From positions 496,001 through 560,000 of the forward strand of contig OZ287081.1 of the NCBI GenBank assembly GCA_965645245.1: a DNA stretch of 64,000 bases. The letters run 5' to 3'. The stretch comes from Massalongia carnosa. Taxonomy: Eukaryota. Positions 48,056 through 61,214 of this stretch are shown one piece after another. Position numbers and translations under genes: made by a program. The notes under the pieces were generated by a model. That model made no database searches. It worked only from the letters and a program-made list of their open reading frames with translations, and was not told the origin of the DNA. The first letter of the stretch is position 1, and each line of letters opens with the position of its first letter.

Positions 48056-50418
48056 AGTTTGATAACAATGTTATGGCTAGTGAAATGCCTTCGGTATGTG
48101 TTTTTCTTGCTTTTCCATTTCTTCCGACCGTCCTAAAGTTCTTGCTTCAAGGATAGGTTTCCTTCGGAGAGACAAGAATGGTCATGATTTTGCAGCAACT
48201 GCAGAAAATTTTGGGCGAGGTTGCGCAAGCTTACGACATCAAAGGTCGAGTTGGAAGTTCTTGGTCTTGAGCATCAAATCCTATGTTGTAGTGGTTGTTC
48301 ATCGGCAAGAGGGCATTATTCTCCATAGCCCATTAAATCATAATAATGGATGGAAGGAAGTAGACTGTGTTGGGAGTTTCGAAATTTTTATATTCTAAAT
48401 ACGTATCGCAAGAACGAACAAGTTATCTCAATCCAGCGCAATCAAGGCGACTTTTGGAGATATATAATCATGCTCACAGATAGAACAGAGGTCAAAGATT
48501 CTGGTGAACGGACTCTACCTATATGTCTGATTAGTGTTTGTAAATCTCGCTTTATATTTAGTAAACAAATGACACCGACCGCATGCGTTAATTCTCATCA
48601 AACAGCTTGTAATCGTCGACAAGAGAGTCCTTGATCACTTTATGACCCAAACCACACCCTCCCAGAACAGTTCCTCTGCTTACTTAGAACATTGGCTTTC
48701 AAACCCCTTAGCGCATTAGCCCCTTCACTTTCTTATGCCAGGGCTCATAATGAGACTCCAATCGCCTTCCTCGTATGCTATGCCGCGAACAATGAAGTAG
48801 CTGAGCATTGTTAATCGGGATAGATGATTTATTTCTTTAGGAAATGAAACATTAAAGGCATAGAATGGAAGATATTGCCGGAGAAGCGCCTGAGCTTGGC
48901 CAATATTGGTTGTTCAAGGTATGATGAAGAAATCACCAAAACCGACCAATAGAATGATTAAAAGACCTGCAGCTTAGCCGCATTGAGATCTGATACTAGT
49001 GTTCTTGCTCATGCACCAGAAGCCACTGTGCAACACTGAACACGGAGGACAAGAAAAGTGGACAATCCAATTCGATGCCAGTAGATAATTTGATTAATAA
49101 TCGGTTGCACAATGCGTGTTACTGTGTCTGAACGCGTTTCGTCTGATCTTCGTGTGTATAAACCGCACATCCTAAAGCGACTTCTGATTATCCTGAATGA
49201 CTTGGAATGCTGATGGATCTCCCAGAGAAACAGGGGGTGGCCCGAGCGCCTGTTAGCCAGGGAACAAGAATGCAAGGATCCGTAGACGCAGATTCAGGAA
49301 AAAATACTTTCCGAGCCGTTGCTTGACGACTCTGTCAACAACCGCATCAAACGGAAGAGTTCATTGCTGCCCCGTTGCCTCTTCATGTTGCAAATTTCCC
49401 TAAAGGCATCACCGATCAGAATAATCTTTGGTGTGACGCAGACATAATCTCAATATGTCTTAGGCGTGCGACAATGGTCCTTGCGTAAGGCCCTAATAGG
49501 TTTTCCTTTCGTCGCAGTGAGCCCAAAGGATCGTCAGAGATAACTGCTATGTGCTGATCGATTTGCTGAACAATATAGCCTTTTCACCCTTGTTACATAA
49601 CAAACATACTCTTGCTAGCCCCTTGCCCATTTCTCAGACGTTACTAAAGTTTTTGCGTGACTACGATATTAGCAGGCTCCATATCTTTGCTGGTGAGGCG
49701 GATCTTATAGCAAGGCCAAAGCTGAAAGAGAATCTATACTGAGCCTGGGATTGGAGGAGCAATTAATTTTATCGCGTACCTATGCTTGCTAAGGTCAAGC
49801 AGAAAAAAGGCCTTTAAGCTATGAGAAAGGAAAGGGGTGATTTGATCGAGAGGGTTAGCAAAATATTATTTTGGGATTCGCCCAGACACAGTGTGTGCAT
49901 ACCGTGCTTAGCTGTCTTGCTGGACCAAGGGCGATTTGATAGTGGTCGCGATAGGAGCCCTGGTGTGGCAAAGCAGAAACACGCTGAGAAACTTGCTAGA
50001 ATTATTGCTGATGGTGTGTATATCGACCGGTTTGGCAGGTATTTCTGTGACGATAGGCTCTTAGGATTGAGCAGCCATAACGGGACTGGGGCGAAACGAC
50101 GACGGGGATGGTTTGAACCTACCTAAAAGAAATGTAGGCCAACATTATTCAAGTCAACTGTTTACTCCCTCCATTTCTTCTTCATCCTTTCACTTATCTA
50201 TCATCCCAATCAAGCTCCCTTGACTCTGCTTTCGGCAGTAGCCAGAAATTCGATACCTATTAAATCTATCTACCATAGCCTTTCCTCCCTTTCCTACTAT
50301 CGTCAGAGCCAGGAAATCTTCTTGTTGTGCAACACTTTTAGAAAACCCCATCCTGGCAACATTAACCTTGACTTATAATCCTCCAAATCATAAGCTCATC
50401 TATCATCACGCTTTCATT

Positions 50419-53400
50419 ATGGATGAAGCCCATCATTCTAGGGATGGGCAGCAGCCATGTTCGTTCATTCCACAAGATCATGCTAACCAATCTGGTGTAA
50501 ACCAGTCTGCACAACCATCTAGCCACGTTGAACATTATCCGGTGGAATCTCGTGGGCCTCATTCATCACTTAAATCGCAACAAGCTCGATCGTCGTGCAC
50601 AGATCCGATAGAATCATCAAATAGAGTGGAAGGCGTTCTCCAAGTATTGCCTTCTGTACATCAAAATTTACCTTCACCAGGACAGCAGGCCTACCCAGGT
50701 TTCCCATCGAGACTCGAAAATCGTGCTGAATCATCCTGGGGAGAACACGTTGCAGATAGCTGGGATATTCCTCCAGAAGCTGAGGACCCTGAAGTAAGAG
50801 CCTATCTAGACCGAATTTTAAATCGTTCGGCGGACTTCTCAGCCAAAAGCTCAACACCTTGTCGCTTGCCGTTCGAAATAACCGATTGTGAGGCCTTTGA
50901 GACTGAGCAGTTGCAAACCATCCGTAGAGAACCAAGGTTTTCTAAGAAGCCCAAGGCAACCTATGTAAGTGTGATCTATTAGCTTAGGTCGATTCCAACA
51001 AATTTACTCCATTTTTTTTTGCAAGCTTGTTTGGTTCTACACCCTTTTTACACGATAATACCTAGAGGCATCTGCTTGTCGCTGCTAGTCTTCAGCTATC
51101 CCTTTTATATAGAGCTTCCTTTCTATCATATATCTTATTGATGAGTTTGGTTCTGATCCATCTTTTCAAGAGTACCATACACTTCATCGGGGAACTGGTT
51201 AAATGGCCAAGCACTGCTAACTCTGCCTTCAGACTTTACGCGTGCAAGGCTTCAACTGTAAGGGAATACTTCCTTGCGAAGCTCTTCAATTTGCCGATAT
51301 GGAGGAAATGGCAACACAGCCAGCTACTCAGCCCTTCTTAGATCCGCGTCGACGCGGCAACAATTCCATGCTCACTGAAGATGATGAGTTGGATGTAGTT
51401 TGCATTCTACATCCTGCTTCCCCTGCCGCATATCTGGGTGTAGGCCTAGTTGCAAAGTATTCTTCTCAGCATATCCTGCAGAATGAAGGTCTATCACAGG
51501 TATATGAAAACGATAGCAACCTTGCCAGCAGCACTCAATACGAGCCTCCGTCGGTACAAGATGCTGAGAATGATGATCTGGATGCTGACACTCAATCATG
51601 TAATGCTTTCAGTAATGATGGTCCTGCGATGGATATCGCTTTGCGACTATCTTCTAGGTTGAAAAATCCACCTCTGGGCTACGCTTTCGGGCGAATGGCC
51701 AGTAAATGTGATCTCGTCATCTCCGACCCCGACAAGCTGATAATTAGTGGCATGCATTTTCGGATTTTCCTAAACCAGTACGGAGTACTCATGCTTGAAG
51801 ATACATCCACTAATGGAACCCTTGTTGACTCGCAGCATCTCAAGGGAAACCCCAAACCTACAGAAACCTGGTTTGAGAAAAAGCGCATGCTCAACTCCGG
51901 ATCCATAATTGAAGTTCTTCTTGATATCAAGGCAGCAAAGAAGGAGAACGTAATCAGATTTATCGTGAAGTTTCCTTCCAGAGATCACACAAGAGATCGG
52001 TGGAACCACAAAGTGGCTTCATACCTTGAGTATCTCAACCAGATTGAGCGGCGCGAAGATGTATTTGCCCAGGCTGAGATCGCCGGCACAGCCATAACCC
52101 GGCCTCCCGTAAGTCGATTCAGCGTATGTTGTCCACGTAAGAACTGACTTTGATCTGTAGGTTCCGCTCAATCCTGCGGCTGGTGGCCCCCATCAAATCC
52201 AACCGCCTAATTTTGATGATAATCGAACCTTGGCAGCCGGCAGCGAAAATCGGCACCACGGAATGGAATGGAATGGTGGGGATGATTACAACGTGGTGGG
52301 TTACATTGGCAAAGGAGCGTTTGCGAGCGTATACAAGCTAGCGACAAAGCGTGACGGCGATTTGTATGCTGTAAAACAAATCGAGAAGCGTCACTTCATG
52401 AAAAATGGCATCCTTGACCAAAAGGTTCATAATGAATTGCTCATCATGAAGCGACTCCAGCATGTGAGTTTTACTCAATGAAGGGTTATGCTATTGACTA
52501 ACAGTTTCTGTGAAGCCTTACATCATCCGATTTGTGGGTCACGAAGAGAAGCCCAACCATCTCTACATCATCATGGAATACGTCCCATACGGAGACCTGA
52601 CTGCATACACCCATTCTGGCCTCGCTATGCCAGAGTTCCATTGCCAATCAGTCGCGCGGCAAATTTGTCAGGCGCTCGAATATCTTCACAAGAGTAACAT
52701 TACGCATCGGGATATCAAACCCGACAATATCCTTGTGCACACGCAGAATCCATTCGTCGTCAAGCTGTCTGACTTTGGTCTTTCGAAACACATCACCAGT
52801 GATGCGACTTTACTCCAGACTTTCTGTGGCACCCTGCTCTATTGCGCACCGGAGATTTATCCTGGGTATGAATTGCACAAGAGTGGAATACCTCGAAAAC
52901 GGCACCGTGCCAATGACCCGTAAGCTCCAACTCCGGGCGCGCTATAGGCTCACGACTAAATTTCTTTTTTTGGGTATAGGAGAATGAAAACCTCTCCCTA
53001 CAAGCAATCAGTCGACGTCTGGGCTTTTGCGGCCGTTTTATATCACCTGCTCTGTGGTAGCCCACCGTTTGCCGGCTCTGTAGAGGACCGAGGTGCTGAA
53101 ATGCTCGAGACTGTTATGAGCATGGAAGTGGATTACGAACGGCTGCACCGCTGTGGCGTTTCCGCAGACGGCATTGACTTCGTGGCTCAAATGCTTGTTA
53201 TCGAACCGGAGTCCCGAGCAACAGAGGTAGATTGTTTGCGACATCCATGGATTGCGGAGGACAAGGCGGACACGGCGATTCAAGGCCCACCTATCATGAT
53301 TGGCGCTGTACCGGATGAAGACGATGAGCTTGATGCCTCGCAGCTGAGCCTGATTGATAACCCTCAACGGATTGAAATTGGGGATAGCGATCTGGAGTAT

Positions 53401-55107
53401 GACACGGACGTTGATGACTTCGATGACACTCGTCAATCCAAGCGCTTCAAGGCCGGGGACGAGGAAGTTAACGGCGAGGTACAGCTGTTTCCATCCAGCG
53501 ACGATATTACTTATCCATCACTTCTGAAGGCGCATGGTGGGAATACACTCCCATCGACACAAAACCAGGTTGGAGGGAACCGCCTGTTTGGGGAAATCGG
53601 AGCATCGGCCCTCCGTAGTTCCGGCGTGCTGAAGCAAGTGGCTTTGGAAATGTTACCACCCGAGGGAAGTGACGGTGCGAGCACGAACTATTCCAATTCA
53701 CAAATCACGGATAACAGCCACGATGATTGCGTCACAAATGATGGAGTAGCCCAACGCTCTCTGCAGTATCCGCAGATACCTGCTCCAGTCTACATTGCAT
53801 CTGCACCTAGTCTTTTCGGTACAGAAGCTCTGGTTGGTGAATTGAATATGGCGTCTCCCGAATCCGGAGGATCAGGAACTTCACTAGAACTTTCATCAGC
53901 TACTCCCAAAACACCCGAGAGTCGAGCTAACTCCCCCCAACCTGCACCTGGTCGTTCTGGCTCGAAGCGTTCCAGCCAAATCTTTCATTCGAGCGACCAG
54001 ACCACACCAAAGCGAGCGAAGACATCTCGTTCCGAGGCGCATTCGCAACGCTCTTACATTAGCAAGCCATTAGTGGAGCGAGGATCACCAACTAGCATCA
54101 AGGAGCAGAGTGTTCAGCCCAAGCCGCTCACGGAAGCTCCCAATAAATCAAGTACTGCTGTAAGTATTAAGGAAAAGACTGCCGATGTGGTTGATTCCCA
54201 TAGAGTAAAACTGGTCCCACGCATTGCTGGGAATTCACAGACGGGGTCAATCAAGGAAACCGTAGAGGAACCCGTGTTTACTCTCACAAATGATCGAGCA
54301 GTCACTACATCCAATACAGAATCCTTCACCAAATCCGCCTCGACATCTATAACGAGAGATACTACGACCGCCGAAGCCAAATTCGCTCGCCCCCTTCCGC
54401 GCCTCGGGGTTCTCACCGCCGTCCCCGGCTCTGCGTACAACACGGTCATCAAACTAGAAGGCCGGATCACTCTCTACGGCCGTGATCCCACCAGCACTGT
54501 GGTGCATCGAGATTCCATGGAGCGCCGTATCCCCAAGAACGCCCTGGACATCATATTCTGGCGGCCTGGCATCGAAGCCGACATTGACAAAGGCAGATCC
54601 TGGGTCGACGACCCTCAGATCTGCGCCATCGTGCGCACACGCACGAGCGTGAGCATCAAGGTCAACGGCACAGAGCTCACCCGCGGCGAAGGATGCTGGA
54701 ACTACGGCCGCGTATACACGGGCGACATCATCACCATCTTCGGCCCCGAGTCTCGTTTCGCCACCGGCGCCGAGGCCCAGTTCTTGAAGTTCCGCTGCGA
54801 GTTCTTCCACGGGCAGAGCGCCCAGCCACGGCCCGCCGGCGAATCCTTCCACGTCGAGCACGAGCTGGACAAGTACGCGCAGCGCGACGTCTTGCGCGCC
54901 GCGCGGAGGGACCAGGGAGGAAGCCAGGGGAGCCAGGGCAGCCTGGGGAGCTTGGCCAGCCTTGGAAGCTTCGAGGGAAGCGAGCGCATGGTGTCGTCGC
55001 AGGGGGCTGCTTCGGGGCGGGCGGAGCGTGACGTTGGGGGATCGGGGCCGCGCGAAGCGGCCGCGGCGAGCGGGGTTACGGCACCGTCCAGGCCGACCCG
55101 AGCGTGA
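50419..55107 (+). CDS. RAD53: Rad53/Chk2-like checkpoint kinase (TQ cluster, FHA, Ser/Thr kinase, second FHA-like domain)
   Basis: ATQPATQ; FGR..SGMHF..DTSTNGT (FHA); IGKGAFA, AVKQI, HRDIKPDN, DFGLSK, CGTLLYCAPE and VDVWA (kinase); C-terminal YGRD...IKVNG. Introns at 50965-51232, 52109-52160, 52464-52515 and 52920-52979. The start may instead be ATG 51299, and exact orthology among fungal Chk2 paralogues is untested. Confidence 0.82.
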
Positions 55108-55937
55108 GGCTCCGGGGAGCGCGGGCAGCAATGGGAGGGATTCAGGGGGGGACGGACTGTTTTCTTGCTCTCGCTGATGGCTACCCGGGTCTTTTTCTTT
55201 TCCCGCCTGGAGGAAACCTAACTAGAAGATTGAGAAAGCTATCCTTTCAAGCTCCCTCCTCCTGTTTATCCTATCCTGTTCCGTTCTTCTTCCCATCCCC
55301 AATCACTTTTCGCAACCCCTCTCTTTCTGTCCTCTCTCCCCCGAGAAGCCAAGTCTCGACCACTTTCGTTGGCTGCCGATGTCGTTGTTGCTGGCTAGTT
55401 GGCTAGCTAGTTGACTGCATGCATGGGATTTTAAATCGGATCGGATCAGATCATAAAGATAGGTGGAGCCGGCTTCTCTGTATTGGAGGATGCTGATTGA
55501 TTGATTGGGGTTGGCTGTGCTGGTGGTGGTGGTTGTTTGTTATTGCTATTCTTCTTCTTCTTCTTCTTCTTCTTCTTCTCCTTCTTCTACCACCACCACT
55601 ACTACTATTATCACTACCACCACTGTTTACCTAACCGACCAATACCCGATAAGAAAAACCCCCAGGTTGGCACCTTTCTGCAGCAACCAAAAAAGTTCGG
55701 GAAAAAGGGGACCGAATAAAAATCGGGGTTGTGGCGAGGCAGATTTGGTCTGGTCTGGTCTGTTCTGGGCTTGGGGTGGGATGTGGTTTGTTGGCTTGTG
55801 TTTGTTGGCTGTGTTGGCTGGATGGCTGGATGGAGGGGGGAGGAGGGGGGCTGCTTTTGATAGATAAAGAACTGGATAAAGAGCGAGAGAGGGGGGGGGG
55901 AAGAAAGATGTAGAAATAGAATGGATCTTTTGTTATT

Positions 55938-55982
55938 CTATGCTATGCTATGCTATGCTATGCTATGCTATGCTATGCTATG
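55938..55982. repeat. (CTATG)9 microsatellite
   Basis: Perfect pentanucleotide run within a low-complexity block (about 55100-56300) that also contains (TTC)n, (CCA)n and (CTA)n. Confidence 0.95.
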
Positions 55983-58900
55983 CTGGGTCTTCCCCTTTTC
56001 TTGCTTTTGCTGTTGGTTTTGGGGTTGCGAGTCATGGATGGTTTTCGTTCAGTAAACCCCTCCCCCCCCCCTGATGCCGACCTTACTCCCCTCCTCGCCT
56101 TGAATCCTTCTAATTCCATCCTTTCTTCCTTCCCCTTCTGCGCGCTATATTCCCAAAACCCTAACGAGCAGCCTCAACCTACCCCCCCCCCCTTTTTTTT
56201 ATCCTATCCCTGATCCTATTTGTTCCATACACCCCAAGCTAGGAAACCGCTTCCAACACCAACCAACACCAACCAACTCGCTGGAAACGGTTCGATTCAT
56301 CATAACCCGTCACTTGCGTGCGTACGTGCGTAGTTGGGGTTTCCTTTCACTATAATGCATAGCATTTGGGGTTGTCTTGTTTATAGAAGAACGCAGGGAT
56401 TTAAGATTTATTGGGTGGTAAGAGCGGAGTCCTGTGTTTGAGTTAACATATCAGTTTGGGTTAGGACTGTAAACAGGAGATATCGATATGTAGGTACGGA
56501 GGTATCATCCTTTCAGGTGTTGTTTTGGCCAAGATTGCATACATTCCTATGCGTCGACCAAGCCTCGTAGGCCTTGCCTTGCATCGATCTGAGGTAAAAT
56601 CAGAGGTGCGGTCAGGCTCTGCATTAAAGTGGCTCATCAAACAAAATGAAATCTGTCAGGAAAAAGCAGAAGCGAAAAACTGCTAGGCAGCTGGCGATAA
56701 TGAGTTCAAATCGATGACGCGACAGCGAAACAACTCGTAAACAAATGACGCGCATCCATCCTGTCTCGCGATACCAACTCGGTTCCTGAGTGTTGCTATT
56801 CTTCCCGCCTAGGATGAGATCTAATTTAGGGAAACGGTAACAGTGACCTCGATATATCTAAATTCTAGTAAGGCTGTTCCTAGGGTTAATGGCTCTCTGA
56901 GTCCTCCAAGGATGGGTTTAAGTTGTCTGCAAAATGACGACACGATTGCTTAAAGGTAGCGTGCACACCATTGGCCATGTGCGGAATTGCATCCTCCTAA
57001 ATTTACTACTATGTCCAGGAGTTTTCGACAACCAGATAGCATTCTCCCTCTTCACAAGGCTTTATCATCTCACAAGCGGGCGGGTACATTTCAGCGGTGG
57101 AGTCTTTTCTCTCAGTTATGCCTTGGTATGGGCCTGCCATCTCTGTTATTCGTACACGGCATATGTACAGAGTAAATTGACAGTTGTTGTACCGATCCAC
57201 ACCCATCTTCAGGCTCAAACCTTGAACCCATGCTTGGCCGGAACGACTTTCTAGGTCGTCAGTAAGCATGAAACGGAGCTGCGCCTTGTTTGATTAGCAG
57301 GGAACAAATGAAATCTTTCCATGCATTCCATGCCGTTCCAAAACCCTCAGGGGCACTCAGCCATCTTCTGCCATGCGACACGTTTCCGATAGGGTTGCCC
57401 TCCGAGCTTGGACGGTCTAGTTAAACCTAGGGATAAGGCACGAAGACGAGAAGCCAATCTTCAGCCGTGGCGTGGCTCGACGCGGACGTGTTCTTCGCTT
57501 CTGGAGATATCGGGAGGCTAGATTCACAGGACAATTTGACCATGCTGCACCTCGTGTTTCAGGAACTCCCCTAGCTGGGTTAAATGCTTCTAGCTCGAGG
57601 CGGCAGCATTTGATTGGCCCAGAAGCAAAGTGTCAGCTCAATCGGTCCTTCTGGAAATATTTGTCGATCGGAAATAGAACGTTTTGAAGAATTCTACATC
57701 TGTGGCAACGCGTGCATTAGATCTGGCGTTTTTGGTTTCAGGGTGCTATGGTTCCTTTAGGAGATGGGGGGATAGATGGGCAAGCTAAGCTCAACTTGCC
57801 GTTGTTATGCTCTCTGCGCGACGGCATCATTGGGCAAGTAGATGAATCCGATCCTTTGTACAGAGTTGTTGGGGTAAAAACAAGACGTCATATCTTTTCC
57901 ATTTTCCTAGGCGGGGAACTCGGGTCCATCACTGAACTCTCAATGGATGATTTGGGTAGATCAGCTGACTTTTTAAACATCTCTTTTCGCTAGGTATCCT
58001 ACTAGTATAGAGTACTGTGATTTTTAAAAATACAATACATAGAAAAGAGAAAAATACAATCGTACAAAAATTTCATCCGCTTAGAGAGCGGGCCGAGGCG
58101 GTTAAGCGAACCTAACGATCTCCGAGGCTAGTCTTCGATTTCTTCGGCCTCTGAGAAACTGTACTCTACTTATACCGAGGTACAGATACGGAGTACCGAA
58201 TTCTGAGTAGTATTTACTCCGTATGTTGATGTGAGGGATGATCTCATTTCGCTCTTGTACCGATACGGAAGAAAGCAAATCGATAATAACTCAAATTCGC
58301 TAGCGATCAGATAATCCTAACGTTAGTCTTATGTAGCCCTCTTGAAGGTGATGTGCAGAGTAGAGTACTGTGCTCTGTACAATGTGCTCTGTACAATACT
58401 CGGTAAAGTACTTGCTATCTAGATAGGCTAACAGCATTTTTGTGCCTATTTTGCCATACCTACTCTGTACCTATACAAGTATTTCGGGTGAATATGAACG
58501 TTGAACGATCATTGATCCGGACAAATGCATTAGGGATGGCGAGGATGTTGTTACGGAAATTTCTAACACCCACACAGATCGTTATCCAATCAGATCTATC
58601 CAGTAAAACACACTCCAGTACAATAAGCAAACTCGGCAAATGGAAGTGGCTGATCTCATTCATTATCATAATAGGTTAGATTCCTGTTAGCGCTGGCCGA
58701 ATGGTGAGGTGGTAGCTTGGTTTTTTTATGTATGGATAGGTTTGGAATTTGGATGAAAAAGTACCGAGTATGTACTCTGTACTGCGTACTCTGTGAAAAC
58801 CCACCACGATTAAAACTCTATTTCAAATCTTAACCCGATATGGACTTCTTTTGTTTCACTACCCCGATCTTTGGACTAACTGGGCGAGATCTGGAAAAAA

Positions 58901-61214
58901 AAAAGGTTCGGGAATCGATGACCGAATGGGAAAAGTGTCCTTTGTACGCTAATTCGACGTGGATGCCCCTGTGACATAACTGAGCTAGGGCAGATTTAGC
59001 TAAACGATATATTTCTGTACAGAGTATGGTACTAAGCGTCGTATCCACGAGCCCAGGAACTTTTCCTAAAGCCTTATGCAACTACTCTGTTCAAGAAGAA
59101 TGACAGGTATCAATACAGAGTAGTTGAGTCAAAAATAATGAAGTCGATGAAAAATAAGAAAATTGCAGCAAAGCACTGCCAAAAATAGCGATAACCGTTA
59201 GTAACATTAACATTCAGAGATACCTAGACCCCTAACCACGCCTCTTCACTGGTTGTCCAACTGGGATTCAATGTATGAGAAAAAGAATAGCATTGATTCG
59301 ATTCGCTGGCCTGATGGCTGCGGGGCCACGTTTTACGCACATGGTTGAGAAAGAGACTACGGACGCCGAAAGCGCATAAATGGCCACCAATAACAAACCC
59401 CTTCCACCGAAACTCTTCACGTTGATTCTGCCTCTGCCCTCTGAATCGACTGAAAGCCCATGAAAAGCCACACATACCCAAAACAAAGACCAAACGTTAC
59501 CTGAGCCCCCGCGGGTCTGGGGTTCTTTGCATTTGCAAAAGACTGCCCTCGTTAGACCACCAAAGGGGCTCTCACCTATGACAGCGGGAAGGCGTTTCAC
59601 CTTATCCATCTCCGCAAAAAAGCAACAAGTGACGAGGTTCTCTGTAGTGTGCCAGGAAACACAGCATAATTATCCACCATTCAAAATTCAAGGTGCGATT
59701 CGCGCGCAGTCGCACCAAGTAGGCAAGCGTGGTACGTTGGGAGAGAGCCCGGCGCCCAGCAGCGAGAGGCACACACACTGAGACTTGCACCCCCGGCCAG
59801 GGAATGGGGGTGACTTACTGTGTAGACATCTGCCCGTACTCGTACCTAGGTACCAAGGTACCCAGGAGCCCAAGTCCCTCCATACTCCGTCCTCCGTAAT
59901 CTGTACTCGGTACTCGGTACGCTGTACGCTGTACTCTGTAGTCAGACTCGAGTCTCTAGGGTAATTTGGGAAATTCCTGACACATTGCGCCCCCCTGTCC
60001 CATGCTGAGGTGCGACTACCGGTCCAAAGCACGCCAGATGCAAGGAGTAAGGGCTTGAGGCAAGGACTCTAAATTGAAGCGAACCTTGACTGGGGGTTTG
60101 AAAGAGGAGGCGCGAGGACACTCAACGACCATCCACCACAACGACCATCCTCTTGCGACCGTTGCCCACCCCCAATACTTCGTTCATCAAACCTTCCTTT
60201 ATCACCCCATTTTATTGTCTTCAATCATTGAATAGATGATGACAGCGATCATTTGTCTCTCGACATCGCCCATATTCGATTCTCCTCGATTGTAATTCCT
60301 GCCCCCGCCTCGTTCGGACCCGTTATTGGCCACCGAGATTGATGACAGGGCAAGACTCCGGCCTGCGACCACAATATCTACCTACCCTCCAGATCCATTG
60401 CGAAAACTGTTCAGCAACTGGATTTCCGATCACCGCGAAAAAGAAAACTTGGTCAACGGCGATACCAAATCAGCCATGGCGTAGGCTTTGTGATCTTTTC
60501 GCTGAATACTACTGGCTCGACCATTCTCCGCCGCATGAGAGGACCGCCCTAAGCCGAGCACGGTACTCTGCCAAAGCTGAACGCTGTCTCCAGCGGTAAC
60601 GATTTGTTGACTTACTCCCTTCCACCGTTCAACTGCCATTAGCAGGCCTCGCAAAGGTGCGGGCAAGCTCTCCGCCCGTATCCCTGCCACCAAAATCGGT
60701 TTAGGGCCTGTATGGTGGTTCTCGAGTCTGCCCACACCCCCAACACCTAAACCTCGACCACGACCAAACGTCCACTTACATTTACTTCAAAGATTAACAA
60801 TTCAAACTAATAGATCAACGTGGTACACGTGCTAACTACTTTGAATTCGTTGCACTAATCTTTTCACACCCGTTTTCCCCCACGAGCAAACATCACGTGT
60901 GCATCTGGTCACGTTTTTTCCGACATCGAACTCCACATTTCGTCTCAGTCGCCTTGATTCTTTGGACAGAAGCGCTTTTTGGCTCAGAGACACTCCGAGT
61001 GGCTCAATCACATTCAACTTGTCCGCTGCTGTCAACTGCCTGCTAGCTCGATTGAGAGCACGACCGCAATCGGCTGGGGGAGTTGCCCTATTGATCTCCA
61101 TATCTCTTAGTTCAAAAAGGTATTAGCCGGCTCCTTCTCGGCTATTTGCCTCGCATCTCGACTTCCTCCGTTGCACGGAAAAAAGAAGTCCAAGTGACCT
61201 ACCTCTGGTTTATC

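Noticed and set aside
49000..50130. Possible relic of an alpha/beta-hydrolase-like gene
   Set aside because: Only a vague resemblance (KILFWDSP); no catalytic motif or continuous frame.
22696..55107. DNA-damage gene cluster (PSO2 plus Rad53-like kinase)
   Set aside because: The genes are 25 kb apart with unrelated genes between them, and nothing indicates co-regulation.
56450..56895. Telomere-like GGGTTA/TAGGGTT hexamers
   Set aside because: Isolated single units, not an array.
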